DNA from: Octopus bimaculoides
Lineage: Eukaryota
Length of the DNA: 64,000 bases
NCBI RefSeq assembly: GCF_001194135.2
Contig: NC_068990.1
Span: forward strand, 10,577,193 to 10,641,192
Reading direction: 5' to 3'
In this document: positions 52,533 to 64,000 of the stretch, piece by piece
Position numbering within the stretch: the stretch's first letter is position 1
How the letters are laid out: each line of letters opens with the position of its first letter
The notes under the pieces: generated by a model
The model's database searches: none
Seen by the model: only the letters and a program-made list of their open reading frames with translations
Told to the model about the DNA's origin: nothing
Position numbers and translations under genes: made by a program

Positions 52533-55500
52533 CCACACACACACACACACACACACACANNNNNNNNNNNNNNNNNNNNNNNNNNNNNNNNNNNNATACA
52601 CGTGCGTGCATGTGCATGCGCACTTACATATGTACATAATGAGTGGCAGTACACACTTCCAGTTGTATTTCTGACTTCTGTAGCGGTACAATGCATTTGA
52701 TCGAATTGACCAAACTCCCTCGCAAAATGATCGAATAACTAAACACTGGATTCTGAAAAATGCCGTTTATCCATGGATGTAAATGTTTATACATGAGAGA
52801 AAAAATTTTAAATCACATGGAAATTGATTACTATATACACGAAGGTATTGCTGAAAAGTTATATGATAAATGCATGATCGAATACCAATAGAATGTTCTT
52901 GCATAAATCTGTAGGCAACACAGTTGCAGACTAATCGGCGACATACCTATCAGAAATATGCACCGTTACACTTCCCAATTCTATATGTCAGTTCATTATA
53001 GCAGTATTTGAAATATTTTGTGATGTTCTCTCCATCAATGTTTTGTTCAAGTAACTGATTCCCTTTTTAACCCCACGTTTGTTGCTCTTGGTACATGTAA
53101 TATGTTTATATTCGTCGCCCTTGTGGCTATTCAACATATGCTTGTTGAAAATAGTGCATTGTGATGCTTTTTTCTCTTTTTCTCATTTTATTATCACAGT
53201 AACAGTATACATTTTAAATGTGAACCGGAATCAGTCAACTGTGTTTATTTCCAAATACCTCATTATTGGAACATGTGCAAATGCATGAACAGACTTAACA
53301 AAAATATATTATCTGTTCATGTGCCAATATCTAAATTTGCTGATGCATGATACCTATGGAAGCATACAGAAATGCAGTTAACTCTTTGAGAAAAGTAAAT
53401 TTTGATGAAAAAAAAATACATGTTCATTAGAAAGGAAATTTGAAAACACGCGTGTCTGTGTGAGCGTTATTAATGGAATTTAATAAAAAGTAAAATATTT
53501 AACCACAACTACTTTATAGATAATTCATTTTTCTTCACCAATTAAAGAATTATCTCAAGCGTAGAAACGAGTGTTTTTTATGCTAATAAACACATTGTCC
53601 TAGGGAACGTCTTCCCGAGGGTACTACTACCCAATCATTGAGAACTTATAAACATAGTATTATGTTACATTTCACATGATTCTACTTCATTTCGGAAAGG
53701 AAATGAATACGTTAAAATAATATGAACTATAACTAGCTTATTATAAGAATAGATTTCTGTTTAAAAGCATTCTTACAGGCCTGTCATAGGAGTAGACAAC
53801 TACAAAAACAATAACCGCGACAATATTAACATCCAGCGAGAGAGTTTGACATACAATACCAGGATTTTGGGTCACTGAATAAATATTTATCTCAAATATG
53901 TTAATCCTTACAGCTATAAAATACTAGTTCTGAATCTGAGAAATATCATTGATTGCATCGGTTGAAATATTTCGCGTACTCGGCATAAGTAAGTTCTCCC
54001 TGATCGGGTAGATGCTGCTATTTTACAGGCAAGCATCACATTTCATACCACATAAAGCCTTTCAACTAAAATAGTACAACGTCATCTTTTCGGCTAATAA
54101 CATCACGAGCAAGTGCGATTATTATTTGTGGTCGTGTTATAGTATGAATATTTAGAAACCATCCGTTACATATTTCATAAATCGTAAGTAATATATAGCA
54201 ATGGTTGAAATCAATAAATAGGACAATAATTATTTAGGATCTATGAAGAATTAAAGAACGGAATTCTTGCTTGAGAGACAAATTGGGTCAACGGATATTG
54301 TCCAAATCGAGAGATCCTACCATTTATAAAACAAAAGATCAAATCTTACTTCCAATCTCTGTCGATTTGGTGATATATAATGATCAGGCGGGAATTCTCC
54401 GGGGGTGGAATCTATGTTGCCGTGGAATCTCTGGTGCCGCATTGAAATCTATTGATTTGAGATTTTTAATCAAATGGTCCTGCTGTTGAGGTGACCGGAT
54501 ATCACCATTTTTTTCTCATTGCCGATCGGTCGTTCTTTTAAGCTGCTTCTTCCTACTTTTTGAACAACCCAACGTTTTTTAATACATTTCTCCTTTCTGA
54601 TTTGATTTCTTTTTGCGTTTTTTTTGTTTTAATCATTTGCTGTATTCCGTTTCAACTTGGCCTCCAAATACATCTCACTATCCTCTGTTCTGTATTTCTG
54701 CAGCAACAAGAGATGAATAATATTCGTTTTATCTTCTATATCGAAGAGAACGATCATCACCAAAAGGCAGGTATTTACTTCTGGAGGAAAATGAAGTATC
54801 TTGTTTTCTTAATACAATTTCCCCAATGTAGATTCTGATGAGAACCAATTCATCATTATTTCAATTTTCTGTTGTATACTTCCTGATCGCAACTCACCTC
54901 TAACGTACAGAATGTTTATTCTTATTCATATACATTTTTGATACTCTAGAATTATCTCATGCAAACGTCCAATTTCCTACCATATTTCCCATGCATTTTC
55001 GAATAATTGTCTTAAAATTAGTTTCTTCTGTGATGGATTCAGTTGAACATGTTTAATACATAGTACACTAGGAGATATTTACTATTTCTCAAAACCTTTG
55101 TGGTTACATACGTTCTTTTACCATTTGTGCAGCATAGGAAAATCCACTAACTTTAAATTTGTTAATCGTAGTCAATAAATCGATTTTCGATTGTATTGGT
55201 TTTAATAGTAGGGGTGTTCATAAATTTTGCATCGACAAATCAATGATTTGTGTTTTTTCTGCTTGTTATGCTCATCGTTGTGTTTATCTTCCTTCTATGT
55301 CGAAGAGAAAGCTCATCAAGCGGCAGGTGTTTACTTCTGGAAGATAATGAACTGCTTCTTTAATTGATACCGTTCATCTAATGTACATTCTTATGCTAAC
55401 CGATTGCAGCCGTGTTGGCAGCCGTTTACAGAACGTGCTATGTTGTATATCTTAAACTACCTCTGACGAGATTCGACTTTCAAATAATTTTAAATTTTAT

Positions 55501-58500
55501 TGATTAATTTTCTGAAGGTCTGTAATTCAAACGTCTGTAAGGGATGATTGTCACTTATTTAATTAATGAATAATAATTTATTAATTACCTCTCTATTTCC
55601 TTATCTTTTTTATAATATAAACCACCGTTTGTATAGTTACCTTGCAGTTAAGCATTAAATGAAATATTCAATATTCTTTGCATAGGTAATTAACCAATAC
55701 TTTTATAGGATTTTGCTATCCCTGAATTAGTTTTGTAATCCTTATTTGTGTGTGTCTGTATATATATATATTTATACATTATGCATAAACTAATCCTAAA
55801 TACTTCTGAGTCAGCATATCTTATTTAAAATGTGCTTGCGTATATTCAAGCATGCATATAGCTGGTTTTTTTTTAAGCATGACTTAAAGATGCATGTTTC
55901 GTTTTTTATTAATTACATCCAGTAAACATTCGTTCTGGTGGGCACCTTAGTTAATTTGAATAGTCGAGTTATTTTATAGCAAACGTCTCAATTGTCCGGT
56001 TGCATGAAAATCTTAAACTGCTGTGAACACCATTTCAACGATTTCAATATAAAACCTACCGTAAACTTATTAGTATAACATAACTTCAATGACGTTTCTA
56101 TCCAAACATTGTATTTTCTAAATTTCTAGAGGCAAAATCTGCAAAATATAACAAGACACGTTTATCTACAAAACAGATATCTTATAAACTAGTTCTTGTT
56201 GCAAATGTATAAATGTTATTCAAATAAATTGCAATGCGAATATTTATTAATAGTTATTGAACTCTCAGCAGTTCATAAATTTTGACATATCTCTTTTCGT
56301 AACAACTAAATCACAAGAAAGAAACGTTGACTATTTCATTATGTTCAATTAGTCATTCTTTTATAACTTGTGCATTGTTACTGCACCCTGATTTTCAATC
56401 TGATGTTATGACTCTCCTATTTCCAAGGATTGTATGTCATGATGATCATCATCTTTCCCATCGTCATACTCATCATTATCTTCATCCTCAATGACCTCAT
56501 CGTTGTTATTGTCGTCATCATCATTCACTTTTCAAATTTCTACTCCTTCAACAAATACAATTTCGCTATATCAGAAATGATATAAGGGAAAAACTAGGGA
56601 ATTGTCTTCGGAATTTAAACTAACTATGCGATGGTCATCGGATTCCTTAATTTTACCATTGCAGCTGGTTCGCACGTCATGATTTGGTATATCGATACCT
56701 TCCATATCGCCCCTCCAAATATAGTCAGTCGTGTATTTGTTTTGGTCATTGATGTATTTGTTTTCAAATCAACATAAATCGAATTTATAACCGATAAAGT
56801 TTGTTAGTTCAGATAATTTGCATTTTTAACCAAGCATTTTATCATTTATATTTTGAAAAGGGAATTCTAAGTGCAACATATTATATAGATTTCTGTCCAA
56901 CATATGAATATTCTGTTAATGTTCCTGTCAATTTCTAAATTCATTAATTAATATTTATCATAGCTGTACATTTTTCGATGATTTTAAATTCGAGTTCCGT
57001 AACATTTAACTCCAAATCCTTAGGTTATAACAGCAAATAGACATGGTGGTATACTATGTAGAAAGGTTTCTTTTTTATAATTTCAGTTGCAATGTAGGAA
57101 CAAATATTCTAGGTCCTTCAGCTTATGCAACCTCTTCTAAGTATGTACAAGATATTACAAGAAATTATATACATGGATCATATTTCACTCAGTAGCTTTG
57201 AATAGGATCATTCGTGAATATAATTTTGGTATTTCAAAATGTATAAAAAGCGTTGTCGATGCAGGAGTTGAAAGTATAAGAGTTTCTGTTTTACGTCTTA
57301 TACTACTTTTTAGGCATTCATTATTAGGTCTTCAGATGTAGTTCTGATTATACTTTAAAAAATTCTATTCTAACCATAATTCTATAAATGGCGTGAGTCA
57401 ATGTATCTATGGTGGGAGTTATTATATTTGAACCAAGATTGAAAAATCACCGATCTGGACAATTATTTCAGTGAAAGTCATAACACGAAGTCAATTGGTG
57501 CTCTTTGGATGTTTTTGTCCTGCATTTGATATTGACTTGTCTTTTAATGAAATATTCTAATAATAAATGAATGGTAAATGTTTAAAGGATCAGCTTTCTC
57601 CTTAAGTCGCTGACACACACATATATATATATACACGCACATACACAGTTGTGCACTCGTGCACATAAAATCACTATCACCCATAACAAGGAAACAAAAT
57701 ATAGCCGAAGAATTTCTTACTAAAGACAGAGATTAATTGTCAATGATTTGAGATGTCGAGGTTAATATATAAAGATATTTTAGTTATTGAATTATAAGGA
57801 GAATATAGAATATAATAAGTGCATAGTTAATGGTTTTCCTCCATTCACTACAAAATATTTTGCAGAATGAGATTTCTTTGTGTAAACTTGTTTAAATTCT
57901 TCTGTAATCGACACTTCATCTTCTATAGAATATATAGAAATTTGACTTAGCGAAGTTCTAGATTTTTGAATTGCTCGAGAACATCAATGTGTTTAGAATA
58001 GCCCATTGTGATATAAATGTAAAACAACAGAAGAGCTTCGAAAGAGGCGTTATAACTTTCATAGAGCTGATAATAAATGCATTCTTTTAATGTGATTTAC
58101 TTTCTTAGTTGTTTCTTTTCATTTACAAAATTAAACAAGAATGAGCACTAATCTACTATTGGTCAGATGTATAAATGGAGATATGTTACTTTGTAACATT
58201 GATGATAAAGAAAAACCTGCAAGAATGTTGAATGCATATTAGCAATGGTGTAAATTGCTATTCATGATAATTAATTGGAAATTTGTAGAATTCATATCAA
58301 AGTAACAGATTTTTTGAATATTATTTATTCCGTATCTTTGTCTCGATGTGTAGTAATTATTGCAGTCAAAAAGTGTTAAGACTCTTTGTCTTGTACAAGT
58401 ATATATTTATATGTGTGATATTTGCGTATCTGTGTGTGTGTGCCTGGGTGTCAGCGTATATGTGTCTATTATATACATATATATATGTTGTGTGTGTTTA

Positions 58501-58605
58501 TGAATACACATATTTTACTTTTCCATTAAGGTAAAGCAAAGTACTGCATTTGGTGAAAGATAAACACTGTTTAATGTATACAGTATATTGTTATCGGCTA
58601 CTGAT

Positions 58606-58975
58606 ATTGGCTGGCAAGAAAGTAATTTCGGTTTTTTAGTGCGAAAATAAGTCATCTTTTTCATATAATGAATGAACTTTAATCAATTATATATTTTCCA
58701 TTTTCTCCGATGATCTTTTACCATCTTTCTGACAACTTCGTGAAACCGCGCTCATAGAACTCCTGGTCCTTATCAGCCAAAAACTGAAGCAAGTGCGATT
58801 TCAGGTCATCATCATTATTGAAAGTTTTACGATTCAAAGAATTTTGTAAACGCCAAGATAAATGGTAATCTGCGCTATATGTTGGATGTGATATCCATTC
58901 CAAACAAAGTTCAAATAATTTTTCACGAGTTAGTGTCTCCAAGGGATCTGCGGCTGTGGGCATTGGCCTATACTA
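58606..58975 (-). mobile_element. Decayed mariner transposon, right end with transposase C-terminus
   Basis: HPTYSADYHLSWRLQNSLNRKTFNNDDDLKSHLLQFLADKDQEFYERGFTKLSERW (eroded YSPDLAPSD motif); TIR-like TATTGGCTGGCAAGAAAGTAATTTCGGTTTT at about 58606. Confidence 0.92.
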
Positions 58976-59759
58976 GTTAAAAATTAGTGCAATAGAACTA
59001 ATGAAATCACGAGAAATAACGAAATGAAATTGAGTTCAAATAGTGGAACAAAAAATGAAAGGAATCAGAGAAACATGAAGAATTAGCGCTCCCTTTGACT
59101 GTAGTCATAGGTCTAGTTGTTGCAGAGTGAATGGAAGAAATCCAAAATCAGTCTGCGCAGACTTTAGACATCCCTCGGTACCAGCCATATTTATTACAAC
59201 CAACATTCTCTTCCAGTCGCTGACTGAACTATGCCGTGGCCTCCTTTAGATATATCATGTTGATCATCGTGGCAGATAAGAAAAAAAAAGAGTTAAGAAT
59301 ATGATAGTATGATCAACTCATTGTTGATCAGCGTAGTAGAAATTTAAGCCAAATTTCTTACCTGATGCTTTTTTACAAAACAAATAGAAGATTCTATCAA
59401 TTAATTTTTTTGAGAAATGTTAAATAATGAAAGTACATGTATGGAATGAGCTTACTCAGTCCCAGCGTGTGAGTTTGCATAGCAAAACTGTGATCAAATG
59501 TAAAATAGTGTACATCGTCGACCAAATAATCTAGGAGCTTTGCATTTCTTCCTGTTTTTATTATAGCATGTATGTTCCAGGATATTTTGTTCTGCTTGGG
59601 CTACAGTGAGAGAAAGGTAACTCAGACTGAAATGCAATTGAATGAAGACCACATTCTTTCTTCACCAAGATTCAATTTCGATTGAATAATTTTATCCAAA
59701 CTAAAAAAATTGAGATACATGTAGTGTTAAATTGTGCAATGCTTCTTTAGTTTTTCAAG

Positions 59760-59872
59760 ATATTCCGACGCGGCTGAACGTCTCAGATACGTTGAAAATT
59801 ATTATAGTTCAGAATGTTTTGTTACCCAGAAGCAACATCACCACTTCTACTTTACGGTTTTATTGCCTCCCG
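59760..59872 (+). CDS. Candidate internal exon (113 nt): (D)IPTRLNVSDTLKIIIVQNVLLPRSNITTSTLRFYCLP or (R)YSDAAERLRYVENYYSSECF...
   Basis: cttctttagtttttcaag| acceptor, CCG|gtgagt consensus donor; two frames are open. Confidence 0.4.
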
Positions 59873-61363
59873 GTGAGTCAGTCACACTGTATACAGTGTG
59901 ATATTTAAAATTGTTGCAATTCAAAATAAAACTAATTACATAAACATTACCTAACTAATTACCATTTCTAACGAGAGAAAATCAAACTGACGTAGACAAA
60001 CACTTTACTCTACCGCATTAAAAGGATGTTTATCTAATACTTTCAAATGATAAGACACACCTTAAAAAATATTTAAATAAAAATACTGTGCAGACAATTT
60101 AATTTAGGTTCTTTCTCTTTTTCGACAGGTGATTAAAATTAATAAATTAATTTATATTTATAGAATGAATTATAAATATGATAAAAACTAAAATTATCAA
60201 ATAGCAAAGAGATATGAAAGAGAAAAATGTTACTATAGTAAATTTCATAGTAACATTCTCTCGTTTACTCGTTACAACAGGAAATATTTGTCATCACACC
60301 ATAAAATATAGTATTTTTTAATGCATATTAGTTTAATAGCAAATTTATAGTTAATTTAATAGCACTGTTGCTTTTATATATATGTATTGATATTTGTAGT
60401 TCTGCATAAACCTCAGCTTAACAACGAAATGACAGAAAAACGAAAAGCAGACGACTGGAAATATATCTTATTAATTATTGTAATGGAAACAAGCAAAACA
60501 TAGAGAACACCAACAAAAGCAAGTCTCTATAGCTACAGCAGTAACAACAACAGTAAATAGTAATATGTCATATATTTACAATATATAGAGTTGATGTGTC
60601 TTCAATTTAATGCATATATATACACACAGACAAATATTTATGTGTACATCTACGTATGTGTGAATGAGAATGCTTGTGTATTTGTGAGCGTCTGTATTTA
60701 ATCAAGTGAAAAACAATACAATTACAGACACCCAAGAATTATGGAATTTCAGACAACAAAAACGCTGCTAACAAATGTAAATTCATCGATTGGTTTCACG
60801 TAGCACATTACGAGACTCGGTGGGTAGTGTTATCCTTAAGCGGCTATGCAAATATATACACACTGGATTGATGATGACTCACGAACTTTGTGCGTTATGT
60901 ATATAGTATTTATTGCAATCGCTGTAACGGGGACAGTAATGGCAATGAAACGCTTAAATCTTAATCAAAACTAAATTTCTACAAACAAGAGTAATATATG
61001 AAAATCGGGGAAAATTTGCATTTCCACTCAACGAAATTTAGGGTAATTACCATTTATCTGATTCAAATGGAATATGTATATACATACGTACTTACATTTA
61101 ATCATATGTAAATACTTACGTACGTACATACACACATACATACATACATACAAACATATATACATACATACATACATACATATATATATAGAAGTTGACA
61201 ATGGACTGCGAATAGTTAAATATTTATTTATTAAAATATTTTATGCTTTTACCGGTTAGTTATCTGGTAGCAAGATTGTGAAAGAAAGCATCCTGTTTTA
61301 GCCATCGTATATGTATCTATTGATTGAATGATAACTCGGAGTATTCCTTAAGAAGCACTCAGT

Positions 61364-61546
61364 ACCCTCTCTTGTCTAACCACATCACATATTGATGACT
61401 ATATGAGATAAATCACAGAAGACCCGTATATACTTAATCATTGCTGAATAACATGAGGTGACCGTTCAAGCATAATAGCGAAATTATTCTTTTGTGGTTT
61501 ATCACATATAGTCATCAATAGGTGATGTGGTTAGGCAAGAGAGGCT
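61364..61546. mobile_element. MITE with 56-bp TIRs, TA-flanked
   Basis: 61366-61421 CCTCTCTTGTCTAACCACATCACATATTGATGACTATATGAGATAAATCACAGAAG versus reverse complement of 61489-61544 CCTCTCTTGCCTAACCACATCACCTATTGATGACTATATGTGATAAACCACAAAAG. Confidence 0.85.
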
Positions 61547-61559
61547 ATTGATTGTTTGT

Positions 61560-62165
61560 TAAGGAAAAAGGTTTTCATCGTCCTCGACACAACCCAGGAG
61601 GTCTTATGCAACTAAACCCCGAGTGTGTTTTTTTTTTTCAGCTGAAAGCAATCTTGGCAGATTCGTGTCTCATACCTAAATCCTCAGGGATAATGGACTG
61701 ATCTCGGAGTAATCTGCATATTCTCTGATAACTCACGGATGGTGGTTCGACGATTTCCATTGCAGCTGCACACACCTCTGCGGTTTTTTTTCTCAGTTCT
61801 GCTGGTTGCGGGTCTCCCAGAACCGTCAATATATAGACATCTTTCGGCCATCTTGGAGACGTCGGAAGACCTCGTACACATGTGTGCGGCTCATACACCC
61901 CTCTCTATTTACTTTCTGCAACATTGCACATGCCTCTGAGCAGGAATATCCATGACAGCTTTCTCTGTGATTGTTAACGTGACGATCATACGCTACACAC
62001 CTTCCTTTCATGCACTGCTGTAACAGCGGAAGTGAGGTAGAATTTTAAAACTTAGTGCGCATGCACAACAGTGTTTACGTTCAATATTTGGCAAGCGGCT
62101 TCACACTGTGTGGTTTAGCTTTGTTACTATGGCAATAGTCCCGATACTTATTGATCAGACTTCGT
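61560..62165 (-). mobile_element. Decayed mariner transposon, left end plus HTH (same family as 4209 and 15502)
   Basis: Minus-strand TIR ACGAAGTCTGATCAATAAGTATCGGGA; GCMSRTHVYEVFRRLQDG; SGRPATSRTEKK. Confidence 0.9.
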
Positions 62166-62186
62166 GTGTGTGTGTGTGTGTGTGTA

Positions 62187-62219
<33 letters not shown>

Positions 62220-62333
62220 NNNNNNNNNNNNNNNNNNNNNNNNNNNNNNNNNNNNNNNNNNNNNNNNNNNNNNNNNNNNNNNNNNNNNNNNNNNNNNNNA
62301 TATATGTACACACAAATATTCATATATCTACAG

Positions 62334-62371
<38 letters not shown>

Positions 62372-63769
62372 GTCTTTGTATGTGAATGCAGGTATGTGAG
62401 TAGGTATGCACGATCAATAGGAATGTGTTGCCGCTTCTGCGTCGCGTTTGAAGAATTTTAATGCTAGAAGGAAAATATGCTTCTCTATATGAATAGGGAA
62501 TGCAAATTTGCAATGAAAATATTTCTTTTGATAAAACCGTCCATTGCAGATGATAAGTTAAACAATATCTCACATAATCCTACTTATATCAATACTAAAA
62601 GAAGACAAATAAAAGAAACAATTGATCGAATATTTTATCTTCATCCTTATGTAAACATAACGGAAACAACTTCATATAAGTTAGTGCACAAAGATAATAC
62701 TATGAAGTAAATATAAATGGACAGAAGATATAACATGACGTATATATTTCATTATTAATGATGTATCATGCCGAAAACATTACAATTGCTTCAAATATGC
62801 TAGTATTCCTGTAATATATATGCCACAATTTGGCAAATGCTTCACAGTGGAAACTAAGCGAGATCCCTTTTGTCTGAATTTATACCCATTACTTTGCCTG
62901 ATCTGTATATAAATGAACATTTTTGTTCATAGCATTTTAATATATTTTACAATGTTGTGTCCGGCACACAATTGTGAAACCTGCTCCAATATTTTTTATG
63001 ATTTCCTTCTATGTTTTTGGACGGCATTTTACTTGACGTAATTTCACAACAAATCGGTACTAGTTATTTTAAACATGGAGTGTGTGGTTACAATACACAC
63101 AGGAAAGAAAATCTCTTGATACAATGTTATGTTGCTGGATAAATTTAATGAAATGAGTCAAAAGGAAACAATTATCTACTGAAGTTTCATTCTTGTTCAA
63201 CAGAAAAAACGAAAACAAAAGATTCATAAGAATCTATGAGGAATTTTGCTTAAAGAGGTCCGTGGTGATTCTGAAATTTCAACAATTCAATAAAATACAA
63301 CTGGAAATGTACAATCGTTAATGCAAATGAAATTTTGTAAGAACCACAATTACTTCATATATGAAGTTGAGTACAACATGAGGGCACTCAAATTAAGATA
63401 ATCCAAAATGGTGAGAGCATATATTTGCTAAATGTTTACAATTTATTTATTTGCAATTCAAACCAATGGTAGTTAAAAATATTTCAGGTATGTGTTTTGC
63501 CATATCAAAATAGGTTTGTCACAGGTAGGCTAAGTACCTAGAGGGGTCAAAAATAAATTCCTGTCAGTGGTAATTACATAGTGCGTGACGTACGTACACT
63601 GTTAGGCTTGCATTCGGCTATAATTTCAATTCACTGATCTTCAATTAACTATTTGGGGGGAACTGTGAAAATATAGCCTATATTACAAAACTAAAGATAA
63701 GAAATATCAAGATATCATGATCGACTCAGTCTCCTAGTTACTTCTACGACGATTTTCTACTGACACAGA

Positions 63770-63776
63770 TATGTAT

Positions 63777-63858
<82 letters not shown>

Positions 63859-63876
63859 TCACACACATATAGTTAT

Positions 63877-63907
<31 letters not shown>

Positions 63908-64000
63908 TGTATGCATGTAAATATATATACACACACATACATATATACAGAGATACATAGATATATACATATATACGTACACACACACATATATATATAT
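63770..64000. repeat. (CA)n/(TA)n microsatellite
   Basis: Directly visible. Confidence 0.95.

Noticed and set aside
54765-54800. GIY motif suggesting a GIY-YIG nuclease
   Set aside because: No YIG/YVG at the required spacing and no downstream Arg/Glu motifs.

Overview
AT-rich eukaryotic genomic DNA, almost certainly coleoid cephalopod (Octopus-like). This is inferred from dense (TA)n/(CA)n/(TAA)n microsatellites, tRNA-derived SINEs of the type abundant in octopus genomes, and 13 N-gaps (about 4.5 kb) that each abut a simple repeat. There is no prokaryotic gene architecture, no CRISPR array and no intact long gene. Nearly all long entries in the ORF track are artefacts of gaps, microsatellites or SINEs. 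The window is mostly intronic or intergenic and is dominated by transposon relics: many SINEs, four mariner fragments, three MITE-like elements, Penelope-like fragments (two with degenerate minimal hammerhead ribozyme folds), and R4/Dong-clade LINE ends joined to (TAA)n, one with an uninterrupted 138-aa endonuclease ORF. The best non-repeat signal is a series of small plus-strand exons in the first 18 kb, mostly symmetric phase-1, that splice in frame into a basic peptide containing an RRxS motif. I cannot assign this gene. A perfect CACGTG-N5-CACGTG (ChoRE-type) element lies 55 bp upstream of the strongest exon. All exon calls rest on splice signals and phase only. I do not see a convincingly new multi-gene system; the findings are leads.
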